Positions 51,134 to 62,351 of a DNA stretch of 64,000 nt are shown here, in pieces (position 1 is the stretch's first letter; every line of letters begins with the position of its first letter). The notes below the pieces were generated by a model that was not told where the DNA came from, made no database searches, and saw only the letters and a program-made list of their open reading frames with translations. The position numbers and the translations under genes are program-made. The DNA lies in the NCBI GenBank assembly GCA_003971905.1, contig RSEE01000047.1, positions 310,001 through 374,000 of the forward strand, in the 5' to 3' direction. Origin of the DNA: Moniliella sp. 'wahieum'. Taxonomy: Eukaryota.

Positions 51134-52249
51134 ATGTTCCGCCGGAAGCACAAGGAGCGCGACGCTGATGCTGCCGCTGGCGCCGCCGCCTCAGCCCAGC
51201 CGCAGGAGGCGCACGCCCACCCCCACCATCACCTCGGCCTCCTCCGCCACACCTCCCGTGAGCCCACCCGATCCAACACTAGCAGCCTGACTGCCGCGCC
51301 TATGCCCACCCCGGGCCGCCCCGGTCACCTCAACCAACACCAACAGGCTGCGCTCGATTCTCTTCGCGCCAAAGCGGTCGAGAGCAAGTTCTACGATCCC
51401 ACTCGCCACGACGATGCGTGTCTCTGCCGTTTTCTGAGGGCGCGAAAATGGGACCTGGATGCTACCTTTGCCATGTTTTCCGAGGCGGAGCAGTGGCGGC
51501 GTGATTTCAAGGTTGATGAGCTATACCAATCGTTTACCTTCCCAGAAAAAGAGGCGGTCAACGAGCTGTACCCTCAGTTCTACCACAAAACCGACAAGGA
51601 TGGTCGTCCGGTCTACATCGAGCAACTGGGCAAAGTCGATCTCAAGGCGTTGTACAAGATCACCACGCCAGAGCGGATCATGCAGAAGCTCGTGGTTGAG
51701 TACGAAAAGTTCCAGCGCGAGCGCTTGCCCGTCTGCTCGTCCGAGCGAGAGGAATTGATCGAGACGAGCTGCACGATCATGGATCTGAAGAACGTGGGTG
51801 TGTCGCAATTCTGGAAAGTATCAGGGTACGTGCAACAGGCATCCAAGATTGGCCAGTACTACTACCCTGAGACGATGGGAAAGTTTTACATCATCAATGC
51901 GCCCTACATTTTCACCACTGTTTGGGCTGTTGTCAAGGCCTGGCTCGATCCCGTCACGGTCGAGAAGATCAAGATTCTGGGGAATGGGTACGAGCGTGAG
52001 CTCGCCCAGCAGATTCCGCTCGAAAATCTTCCGGCCCATTTGGGAGGCAAGTGCCGCTGTTCAGAAGGCTGCTCCTTGTCGAATGCCGGGCCATGGAACA
52101 CCCCTCGTGGCGAGGCGATCATCCGCCAAGCAGAAGAGGACCGGCGCCACAAGGCCCTCCTATTCCGTGACAACGGGTCCAACGTCCAAGCTGCCAACCT
52201 AGTAGCAAAGCAACCTCTGATCACATCTTTCATCAGTTGGCTCCGCTAG
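51134..52249 (+). CDS. SEC14: Phosphatidylinositol/phosphatidylcholine transfer protein (CRAL-TRIO)
   Basis: DDACLCRFLRARKWD, YPQFYHKTDKDGRPVYIEQLG, IETSCTIMDLK, QYYYPETMGKFYIINAP, LDPVTVEKIKILG, QIPLENLP. The true C-terminus may differ because of an indel. Confidence 0.93.
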   Translation: MFRRKHKERDADAAAGAAASAQPQEAHAHPHHHLGLLRHTSREPTRSNTSSLTAAPMPTPGRPGHLNQHQQAALDSLRAKAVESKFYDPTRHDDACLCRFLRARKWDLDATFAMFSEAEQWRRDFKVDELYQSFTFPEKEAVNELYPQFYHKTDKDGRPVYIEQLGKVDLKALYKITTPERIMQKLVVEYEKFQRERLPVCSSEREELIETSCTIMDLKNVGVSQFWKVSGYVQQASKIGQYYYPETMGKFYIINAPYIFTTVWAVVKAWLDPVTVEKIKILGNGYERELAQQIPLENLPAHLGGKCRCSEGCSLSNAGPWNTPRGEAIIRQAEEDRRHKALLFRDNGSNVQAANLVAKQPLITSFISWLR

Positions 52250-52664
52250 TTCGTCGACTGTGGACCCCAGGGCAGCCGGGATTGGGGCAGCTGCAGGAGA
52301 TGCCGAGCCTATGACCAAGGTAGGCAGCGAGCATGCCGTCCAGCCCGCCGTCGACTTGCCAGGGGTTGGCCGCAGATCCCCATGTGCCTTCTCACGCTCG
52401 TCTGGGAAGTGGGGGTCCCATCGTCGCACCATGAAGAGTTAGACTGGTGCTTTACGCTACATGCTCCACTTGTTATGCATTGGTTCCGCAATCTAATCCT
52501 ATGTTGTCTCCGGCCCTGATGTTGATAGCGTCATTGATATTTGGAGATTGTTCACTCGGCTAAAACCATCGCCCTTGACCACCTGTGGAAACCCTGGGGG
52601 TGATGAGCAGTGAATCAATTTTGGCGTGAGTTGCGGTGCAACGGCGATGGGATGGAGAGAGACA

Positions 52665-53660
52665 TTACTTTTTGGTCTTGGCACTGTCGGGATCCTCGGT
52701 GGCGCTGTTGAAAACAATGGTAAGCATGAGCAAAGGAAAAGAGAAAGGGAAAGAGGGGACATACACATTGAGCAAAAGTGAATCGGCGTCGAGCATAATC
52801 TTGTTCCCGCTGGTGGACAAAGTCGAAGCGATTTCCCTCGCAGCCTCGAGCTTGCGCAAGGCCAAGAAGCCCTTGTTTTTCTTGAGCGCCTCGCCAATCA
52901 ACTCGGCCGAGCGGGCCTCACCTTGTGCCTTGACAATGATCGACTGCTTCTCCTGCACCGCCTGATCCACCAGGTAGGCCGCGCGTTGGGCCGTTTGCTG
53001 GGCAATCTGCTTAGCCTCAACCGCCGCGGTGAACTCGGGACTGAAGGCGACATGCGTGATGGAGACATCATCCAGTACGAGGTTGAACCGCCTGGCGCGG
53101 GTGGTGAGCGAATCCCGGACCAGACGCGACACCATCTCACGCTGAGTGATCAACTGGGACGCATTGAACTGTGCCACCACTGCCTTGAGCACCTCGTTGA
53201 CGATTGATGGCAGCACGCGCTCATCGTAGTCAGCGCCCAGTTCACGGTACAAGGATGGCAACTGGTGTGCGTCTGGGCGCGAGAGCACACGGCAGGTGAT
53301 GTTGACCATCTGCAGGTCCTTGGTGCCGGTCAAGGAGGCGATGCTGCGCGGCTTGGCACGCACGTCGTAGTCGATGGCATGCTCAAACCAGGGAATAAGG
53401 AAGTGTGTGCCCTCTGGATAGATGGTCGGCAGCACACCGTGCACACGGCTGTACTTGATCGCCCGGTGGCCACCATCGACATTGAAGAGCGACGCGTTGA
53501 TGCCCACAGCGAGCGCGACCAGACCCACAATGGCACCCGTTCCGCCGAGCACACCCTTGGGGGCGCCCCGCCCGCCGCCAGGAAAGCGCCCACGACTGGC
53601 GCCCCTTGCCGTGTCCTGCATCCTGCGCATAAACTCATCCATCGGCGACCGGGGTGGCAT
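52665..53660 (-). CDS. PHB2: Prohibitin 2
   Basis: SLFNVDGGHRAIKYSR, EGTHFLIPWFE, YDVRAKPR..SLTGTKDLQMVNITCRVLSRP, ERVLPSIVNEVLK, KAQGEARSAELIG. In-frame intron 52705-52764. Confidence 0.96.
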   Translation of the reverse strand: MPPRSPMDEFMRRMQDTARGASRGRFPGGGRGAPKGVLGGTGAIVGLVALAVGINASLFNVDGGHRAIKYSRVHGVLPTIYPEGTHFLIPWFEHAIDYDVRAKPRSIASLTGTKDLQMVNITCRVLSRPDAHQLPSLYRELGADYDERVLPSIVNEVLKAVVAQFNASQLITQREMVSRLVRDSLTTRARRFNLVLDDVSITHVAFSPEFTAAVEAKQIAQQTAQRAAYLVDQAVQEKQSIIVKAQGEARSAELIGEALKKNKGFLALRKLEAAREIASTLSTSGNKIMLDADSLLLNVYVPSFPFSFPLLMLTIVFNSATEDPDSAKTKK

Positions 53661-54485
53661 GGCGGTGGCCTGGAAAGCTGGGGGAAGCGACGACGTCAGC
53701 GCCAGCGCCCTTCGCTCAAGGCATTCAAAGCTGGGGGGCGCACGGATGGCGGGCATTCCGAAACCCTACTCCCTGCCGTTCCGCACTCGGCAAGAATGCG
53801 CTAGGGTTGCGCTAAAAATCCAAAAAGAGTAGCTACGTCGGTCTTGACCGACGACCTGTGGGTCACAGGGTGATGTATGAGCCCACCGCTCTTCCGCTGA
53901 GCTAGTAGCTGCCGTGCAGTGGCGCTGGAATGTGGAGCACCTTTGCTCCTTTGTGCAATGGATGTGATTGTCCCTGGATCTACGTCCCGTGTGGGTAAAC
54001 AGAACCAACGCAAGAAGACGGCAAGGAACATGTGAGAGACGTGTTTTGTGGCAAGGCGGGGCCTCCCTTCCTGCGAGGCGTGCTGCTCGGTCTGGCTCGG
54101 CTGGTCCGGGTGTGGAGCAGGCGATGTGGCGGGGCGAGCGGCGGGTGATGCCGGTGTCGGATCGGCGGCAGAGACGGGCGGGCGAGTGCCGATCGAGGAC
54201 ATCCCAGCGGGCTATGCAGCAGCGCCTGGTAAAACAGCACTGGGGTAGACTGCCGCCGTGCCTTTTTCTCGGCCGCGCCGCCGCGCCGGCAGATGGCAGG
54301 CAGGCTGGATGAATGAAAATCCGAATCCTGGTTGCCACTCTGTGGCGCACCTCCTCCCCTCTGCTCCACCACCCGCACTGCCCCCGCCGCCGCCCGCGCT
54401 GCTCCCACCCCCACCCCACGCTCCCTCCGCTCCCCACCCCCTCCCCGTGCCTTGGGCCGGCAGCTGCGGCCTGGTGCGCACCACG

Positions 54486-55801
54486 ATGGGGAACTGCCTC
54501 AGTAGCAAGCCCGACAGCGCCCCCCTCCCACAGTCTGCGTCTGCGCCCGCCCAAGCTCGCACGCCAGCCACGCCAGCCACTGCTCCCGTATCGACCCTGC
54601 TTCCGCTCACCCCCCCACCACTCACCGCAAGTCCAATGCTTCGCTCTCTAATGGCGCCCCGGCGCCCAACACCAGCGCCGCCGCCGGTCGTCCCAAGCGC
54701 TCTTTCAAGCTCCTTCTCCTCGGGAGCGGCGAAAGCGGAAAAAGTACGATCAGCAAGCAGATGAAGATCATCCACAAAGACGGATTTAACCACTCGGAGC
54801 TACTTTACTACCGCCGGGTCATCGCCAAAAACCTGCTGGAATCCGCCCAGACGATCGCAGTGGCCCTGGTCAAGTACGATCTTCAGCCGCCCGACGCCAC
54901 CACGCGACAAGCAATTCAGCACATCCTCAATTTCACCACCAAACCATCCACCTGCGCTCAGGAGCCCCAGTCGGACGCGGTTCTTTCGGGGCCCAACAAA
55001 ACTGAAGAGGGGCAGGAACCCTTGCCCGAGTCGCCCATACCCGTCGAGAACGATGCGGAGCCACCAAGACCGACAGCAGACGAATCCAACCCCTTGCCCT
55101 CTGATATGGGTGATTACGCCAGCCAGCTCTGGGCTTCCGACGTGACGCGCACCCTTCTGGACCAGTATGGGGACAAGTTCTACCTCATGGACAGTGCTCC
55201 CTACTTTTTCGAGAACGCAGCACGTATCACCCAGCCTGACTATCTGCCTACCAACGACGACGTGCTGCGAGCGCGCTCTAAGAGCACAGGGATCACCGAA
55301 ACGACGTTCGCCATGGGAAATTTGCTCATCCACCTCTTTGATGTAGGAGGCCAACGCTCTGAGCGTCTCAAGTGGATCCACTCGTTCGAAGCAGTGACTT
55401 CCATCATCTTTTGTGTCGCCATCTCCGAGTACGACCAGGTTTTGCTGGAGGATCCAACCCAAAATCGGTTGGACGAGTCCCTGGTGTTGTTCGAGTCGGT
55501 GGTCAACTCGCGTTGGTTTGCCCGTTCGTCTGTCATTCTCTTTCTCAACAAGGTGGATGTGTTCCGGAAAAAAATTCCTCGCGTGCCGCTGGAAAACACT
55601 TATTCCGACTATACCGGCGGACCGGATGTGCAAAAGGCGGCCCGGTACGTGCTCTGGCGCTTCACCCAGCTCAACAGGGCCAAACTGCCCATCTACCCCC
55701 ACCTCACTCAGGCTACCGACACCAAGGGCATCGAACAGGTGTTTATTGATGTGAAGGATACCATTGTTCAGAATGCACTGCGAGACACGGCTCTTCTTTG
55801 A
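54486..55801 (+). CDS. Heterotrimeric G-protein alpha subunit, divergent fungal group III (cAMP-pathway type)
   Basis: MGNC lipidation start, KLLLLGSGESGKST, RARSKSTGI, DVGGQRSE, FLNKVD, YPHLTQATDT, C-terminal QNALRDTALL. One frameshift in the N-terminal region. Confidence 0.93.
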
Positions 55802-56614
55802 CCCAACCCCATTTTCCTCCCCGCCCTACCCCGCAACCAGCACCGACAAGTTCATCCCCACCCCACTGTCGCCCCCGCTCCGTCCTCATGTGCTTCGGTC
55901 AGCACGTGTGTCTCTCCCCCCCCCATCCCCTTTCTTCGTTTCTTGCACTTACCCGCCTACCACGGCCTTGTCGTACCAATATTTTCGCTCTTGTCCAACC
56001 CTGTGTCACCTAAATCCATCGTCCAGCGCTTGTGGGACCCATTTGCTTCTTCCTCCTTCCACAATAGCCTGAGCGTTTCCACAAGCGTTTCCATGGGAAC
56101 TGCCAATGTCAAAGCGCGCAATTGCGCATTCAGCTTTAAGTTATGTGACGTTATGTGCCCCAGGAGGTATGCGAGGGTATGCTCTATCGGCACCTCTCGG
56201 TTTTGCGGTGGACAACGTTCCCACGTATTTCAACAGCATCCAGCCCCTTTCGACGTGGAGAAACACTCTTCCGAGGCCGCCTGAGGGCTGGTACTGGAGT
56301 GATTGCAGTGGAAGGACGTGTAGTATAATACGCGCATAGTTTGGTGCACTTCGTGGAACTTCGAGTAGACACTGTCTCCAGGTACTTGGTTACTTTTGAT
56401 TAGCACTCAACTCTCAACTTGCCTGGCCAGACCTGGTCTCAGGACTCAGTGAGGTCTGAGGGGCCCCATCCCGGAGATCTGCAGAAAAGGCTCATCATGT
56501 TACCGCATGAACATGCAGATCATGTTACCGGAGGTAGTACTACACTCACGCCAACATGTTAGCAAGAATTAACCTCAAAGCTTGTCCGAGCTCCAACCTT
56601 TGAGCCTTTCCCCT

Positions 56615-56840
56615 AGGTCACCAGGGTCACCAGGGTCCCCGGTTCACCGGTCACCCGGTCACCTTGGGATCTGGACCCGTTCGGAGCCTCACAATCAAAG
56701 GGTAACGAAAAAAGGTTAATTGAGGAGTGGCTAAAAATATACGCCGAGCGGCCCACGTCCCATGTCGCACATCTCGAGGGATTAATTGGTTGAACGTTGA
56801 TGATCGGTGATCGATATTCGATGATCGATGATCGCCGATC
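56615..56840. repeat. GGTCACC and GATGATC repeat clusters
   Basis: GGTCACCAGGGTCACCAGGGTCCCCGGTTCACCGGTCACCCGGTCACC and TGATGATCGGTGATCGATATTCGATGATCGATGATCG. Confidence 0.8.
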
Positions 56841-57761
56841 GTCTGTAGGTTGGAATCACTCGTCCCGTCTGGCACTGGAGGACACTTCACTAGGGCGGAT
56901 GGATGTCCTACCGCAGACAGGCCTCGTGGGTTCGACGTTGGCATGTCGATCCCCCTGCTCGGTGTGGATTGCTCTACTGAAGTTGTTAGTCAGTCCGGGG
57001 CCCAATTGGGTGGAAATGATCACAAGAGCAGCCCGACGGATCCGACCACACCAAGGTGTTGGGAGTATTGTTGGAAGTGGAGACGACGTCAGTGGGTCTC
57101 AATCCACGCCCAAAGGGGAAATTCATCATGTCGTATATAAGCGCTCCGAATGCCCAGACAGGAAAGGCAGTACTTCTCATATCTCAGTCTCTCCAAGCTC
57201 TTTTCCCGTGTCTTTCTTGTCGGCTTGGTTGGGTGGAAGTAGATCGGCACCGGGCGTCGTATATGTCCTGAATGCGCAGCCAAAACCTGTATATATCAAG
57301 TGCCGATTCTGATGGTCTCTCTCTCACTTGCCAGAACGCCGTGATCGCGCCCACCTTTGCCATCACCACCACTGCCTTCTTGTCACTAGCCACTTCTCAC
57401 AGAGCTGGTCTCTGTGCATTTTCCCCTTTAGGTTGGACCTAACTAGCCTGACGCTTCCTCCGTCCCCCATCCCCCTTCTCGTCCCCCTTCTCCCTCGGCC
57501 GGCCCGAAGCACCTTCTCACCTCGTCCTCTGGACGTACTTACAGGCTAACCCACTTCCACTGCGAGGACAACGGCATCACCTCTTCTCGAGCTTGTGCTT
57601 CCCTTCTCTCCTCATCGTCGGCGCAGCAATTATACCTTCTGCGCATACACCTCCTGTCCTTCTCCAACATTTCGCCAGGCTGGTTCTGAGCGGCATCGTA
57701 TTCTTCCCATACTTGTGGTTCCTTCCAACCCTCACCACCCACCCAGTCTTCTGTTTTCAAG

Positions 57762-59250
57762 ATGCATGCCCTTCGTTGCCTAGCATGGATCGCTATGCTT
57801 TCCGGGGCAGTTGAGTCTGCTCCGGTTGGGCGTCGCCTTGACCCGTCCACCTTGGTACAACGACGGGAAACTGGCCAGTCATCTCTTGGCCTCCGAGGGC
57901 GAGGAAATGATGCATCGGGCGCGCTCCACGCCGCCCTGGTCGGAGCCATTGCACAGGACAAAGTCAGGAAGGGAAAGAAGAACAAGAAGGGAAACAGGAA
58001 GACCCAAGGCCGGCTGACACCAGCTACGGTAAACCAAGGCGTCAACATGGGCTTCAATTTGTCTCTAGTGGCCCAACGGGCTGAAGAAATGTCCCAGCAC
58101 AGCTGGGAGTATGGGACGACAACCGAGCTCTACCTTGAGCTCTACAACCCAAGCCATGCAGTTTTCGGCAAGCAGGCGTTCCCTCATGGCTCCCTCCCTT
58201 CCCTCGCCTCTTCCCCTGCTTTAACGTATGCCAGGCAGCACATCTCCCTCGACGCGGGGGAAAATGGAGGGGACTTGGCGGACGGACAAGGCTCCTCAGG
58301 GGACCCGTGCTCGTTGGGCGTGGCAGCCTTGCTGTTGGGCGTGAAGAATGACTCGTATACCCTAGCTGCCAAGCGCCAACTTGGTAACCTCCTTTCTTCC
58401 CCCAGCTACGCTGATGGCACCCTTAGCTCGCGCTCATCAGAGTTGTCCCTCTGGGCTGATTGGACAGTATGTTCACCCCCTCCCCTTCTTCTGTGGCGCA
58501 GATCTGACGGACGGATTTCCTTGTACAGTATATGGCTCCTCCCTTTATGGCGTACGCGGCGGTAGCCTCGTCCAACCAGAGTTTGATGCAGGAGACGGTA
58601 CGGCAGCTGGAGGGGTACTCGAAGCACTTGGCCTTTCGCGACACGGGCAACGCCGCCCCCCTAGCCAAGGGCTTGTGGCGACACATTTCCGGCTCGGCGT
58701 CCCAGTCCCCGGGGCCGTGGACAACGGGCGAGACGTGGGCGTTGAATGGGATGGTACGTGTGCTGGCTACCTTGGCTCGGTACCCTGGTTCGCCCAGTTG
58801 GATCGAGCCGTTGCAAACCTCGGTCACGGCCTTGGTCGAGGGTATCCTCGCCCCTCTCGCTGCGTGTGCACAGGTGGGCCAGTCCATCGACCCCGCCAAT
58901 GGCTTGTTGCGCGGCTACCTCGTCGGCGGACCTAAGGGCGTCAAGGATACTACCCCCACCTGGGGCGGCGAAGTAGCTGGCACAGCAGGTGTGGTAGCTG
59001 CCGTGTACCGCTACGCCGTCCTGCAGGCTGCCGCGGGCCAGGCCGTCAACCCAGCCTACCTCACGCTCGCTGCGCAGCTGCGCCAAGCCGTCGCCCAGCA
59101 CGTCTCCACCGACGGTTACGTTGCCCCGTCCATCAACCGTACGCTTGGACCAGCCCAACGTACGTGTCTCGGTCCCCGGAAGCGCAAGCGTTTGTGGGCT
59201 TGATGGGCGCGGCGTACCGCGATTGTGTCCTGGCTAAAGTATGTCAATAG
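57762..59250 (+). CDS. Secreted six-hairpin glycosidase, GH105/GH88-like
   Basis: Signal peptide, SWEYGTTTE..LEL, GDPCSLGVA, LWADWT|YMAPPFMAY across intron 58467-58528, GLWRHI, W.TG..WA..GM.RVLAT, SPEAQAFV near the end. Confidence 0.82.
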
Positions 59251-59570
59251 ACGCATATATATAGTCGTTATCTAACTGTATTCTATACCACTCGACCATC
59301 ACTAAGTAGTCATTCCCATGCTGTCCCCCGCCACAGCGGCCAAACGATGGTCATTAGGAGGACTTGGAACTAGCTCCCCAGCGCAGGGGACTCAACACAG
59401 GAGCGTGACGCGTGACGCCCACAACCAAGCGGCAAACGAAAGAAAATACAAGGGGCAGCAGAGCCCACTAGTGGATCTTGGTACAGGACAAGAAAAGCGC
59501 TTCCGGGGGAGGAAGGCACCAAGCGGCCCAGGGTTTCAAGCCTCGTGGGTCGATGAGGCACGGCGGTCCC

Positions 59571-61483
59571 CTAGTGCAACGCCTTTTCGCGCAACTGGGC
59601 GCTACGAAGCGAGGACTGTAGCATGGCCAAGCGCTCGTCGTACCGCTCGGCTACCCGGGCGTGCATGAACACCAGATTATCTCGATCCGTCTTTGCAGCA
59701 GGCTGTGAGGGCGCACCTAAAGACACAGGAGGCGCGTTGGATACAGGTCGAGCTTGGGGAAAGGGTACTGCATTGGGTCCTTGGGGTGTGGGCGGTGCGC
59801 TTGGCCTGTCGGGGCCGGTGGCGGGGAAGGCGGCTTGTGCTCCGCTGGCTTGGCACGATTTGGAACAGAGGAAATTCGACGATGGGGCACAGAGGGCTTG
59901 CGAACCAAAAGCGAGCCAAAAATGCTCCTTCTTGCGGCCGAGGGAGGAAAGTTGGCCAAGGAGGAAGATTGCCAATTCGTGTCCTCGGTTGCTTCGGTTA
60001 CGTTGGAAACCAAGGAAGACACCGAGTGGCCTGCGCGCTTGTTCCCGTTCCACGCAGAACGCGGGGCTGTGCGGGTGGAATGATTTCGTGTGACCGTGGC
60101 AGCCGCCAAGCCATTTTGAGCCAGCACTCCTCGATCGAGGCAAGGAGGGCCGTCTGCTCCGCTTCCACCACCTCAATCTCGGCCTTGATTTCGGCGGGAG
60201 ACTTGTGGGTGGCAGGAGGGAGGCGAGGATGGGACGCTCGAAAGGAGACCATGGTCTGGCGGGGGAGGCCATTGACCTTAGCCAAGGCGGCCTCGGTGCG
60301 GCTCGCCTGGATCTGCTCCACCAGCTCTCGCTGTTTCCTGGCTTTCTCCAGTGCGGGGCAGCCGCTTGCCCGGTGTGCCCGATCCCGTCGTCGACATGGA
60401 CAAGACGCTTCCAGGCCTTGGCTCGGACATAGATCGGCGCGGTTTGGTACGGATGCTGGCCCGCGTCCCAACAGCGACGACGCAGGGCCATTGAGAATAC
60501 TACCTCCATTCTCGGCATCCGAGTCGATTTCCAACGAGGCGACAGAGGCAGTGGCCTTGCCGAGACGACTCATGACACTGGCCGGGAGGGAAGGTGCGTT
60601 GCCTTCCCTTGGGGCGGGACGAGAGCAAGCGCGAGAGATTGGTTTGTCCTGACTCGAAGGAGCTTACCGACTCGGTGCGCAGCCTGGCCACGGAGGGTTC
60701 CGGGGTAAGTCGCAGTTGCTCTGCCGAGTCGTGGGACGCACGCCGCTCCTCCTTGGCAGGAGAGGATGTGCCTTCGGCGGTGACAGCGGCGGAGAGAAAA
60801 GCGGCACGCAGCGAACGGTATTCGTCCTGCGTCAGGAGGCCATCGCCATGCGCAACCGTCAGATCGGTGAGGCGGGTGGCCAGATGGTGTTTGGGGAAGG
60901 GGGATGGGTGCAGGTGGTACCGAGGCGGAGACCGAGACTTGGGAGGGGGAGCGGAGGCGGGCGAGAGAGGGCTCGGTGGAAGACGCGGGTATGGTGGCCG
61001 ATGGGGGCGCCAGGGCGGGCGCAATGGAGGGGACAGTACAGGAGGCCGAGATGGACACGGGGGTGGAGGCAATGCTGTAGAAGGAGTGGCGCTGGGCAGC
61101 GGCGGGAGGACCCAGGTGGTCGGGGGTGGCGGCGGTGCTGACGGCGGTGGTTGTCGTGGCCTGCGAGCGGTGGGTGGTTCGCGTCGAGACCGAGCCCAGC
61201 TGGCTGTCGACCGACGGCGACGCAAGGAACGGCGGGGCGTTCCGCGGCCGCCACGGGGGGGGTTGGCGCGCGGGGAACGGGCGGGACGGGGGGCGCGTTG
61301 GCGGGGGGGCGGGCGGCACTGGGGCGGAGAGAGAGGTGCCTGCGCAGCTTGAGGCCCGTGATGGACACGGTGCGTGTGCGGTGGCGCGCGGGCTCGGCGA
61401 GGGCAGGCGAGGGACGCGGCGTGCCTGAGGCCGAGGCCGGGGCGGAGGCGGGCGGGCAGGGTGGAAGAGGCAGCGAGCTTCAT
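59571..61483 (-). CDS. Hypothetical protein with a SHOCT-like motif and coiled-coil segments
   Basis: LATRLTDLTVAHGDGLLTQDEYRSLRAAF (SHOCT-like), EIKAEIEVVEAEQTALL, C-terminal RYDERLAMLQSSLRSAQLREK. Spread over frameshifted ORFs. Confidence 0.6.
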
Positions 61484-62351
61484 GGCGTGGGTGCGGTGGT
61501 GAGTGCTGCCGATGGCGGCCGATGTGATGGCGGCGGGGTCTGAGATCGGACCCTGAGCCGAGTGGCCTGTGCGCGGGCAGAACAAAGGGACACCAACGGC
61601 GACGTGCAGCCGCAGATGGTGGACTGGGACTGATGTACTGATGGGACTGCCAATCAGAAACCAACGCAGGCAGCTCGGCGCAGATGACATGTGGCACGCA
61701 GGGTGGGTGATTGGAGTGTTGATTAAGCTTTGTGATGGGCGAGGCATGGCTCGGTGGCACAGGCGCAGGTTGAACATTGCAACGCCCATCCCTCGCGCAT
61801 CCTCGCTTGTGGCGCACAAACAACCACACCACGCAAGCAACCCACTTGCCCTGCTCTGCGCTGAACTTCAGCATGCATCCCCAGCGCCTAGCACCTCAAC
61901 CCCCCCCACTCTGCTCCTGCCTCCACATGCCCCTTCCGTCTCCCATCAGCAGCCGCTGGCCCACTCGCACAGCCCGCATCGGACACGCCGCTCCGTTCCG
62001 TCTTGACACTTCTGCTCTTGCGCTCGCCTCCCACGGCACAGCTGATGATGCAGCCAGCAAGGGCTGCTCTTCGTCTCTGCCACCGACTCCCACTCGAACC
62101 CGGCGCATCATTGTCATGGGAGGAGAGGAAGACATCAGCACGCCCGCTGTCGGGCTGAGGACGGATGACAAGCACAACGCGGACGTGCTGGATGCCGACA
62201 TGAGCACCCCTTCGCTCTCGGGATCGAGAGACGGGGATGACAGAGACGTTTCGGCAAGCGTCCACCCAATCGGTCCGTGAAGCGTCATCTGATCCCAGAC
62301 CTAGTTCTCCTCGGAGCTGTGGGTCGATAGGCCCAAAAAGAATCGCCGCTG

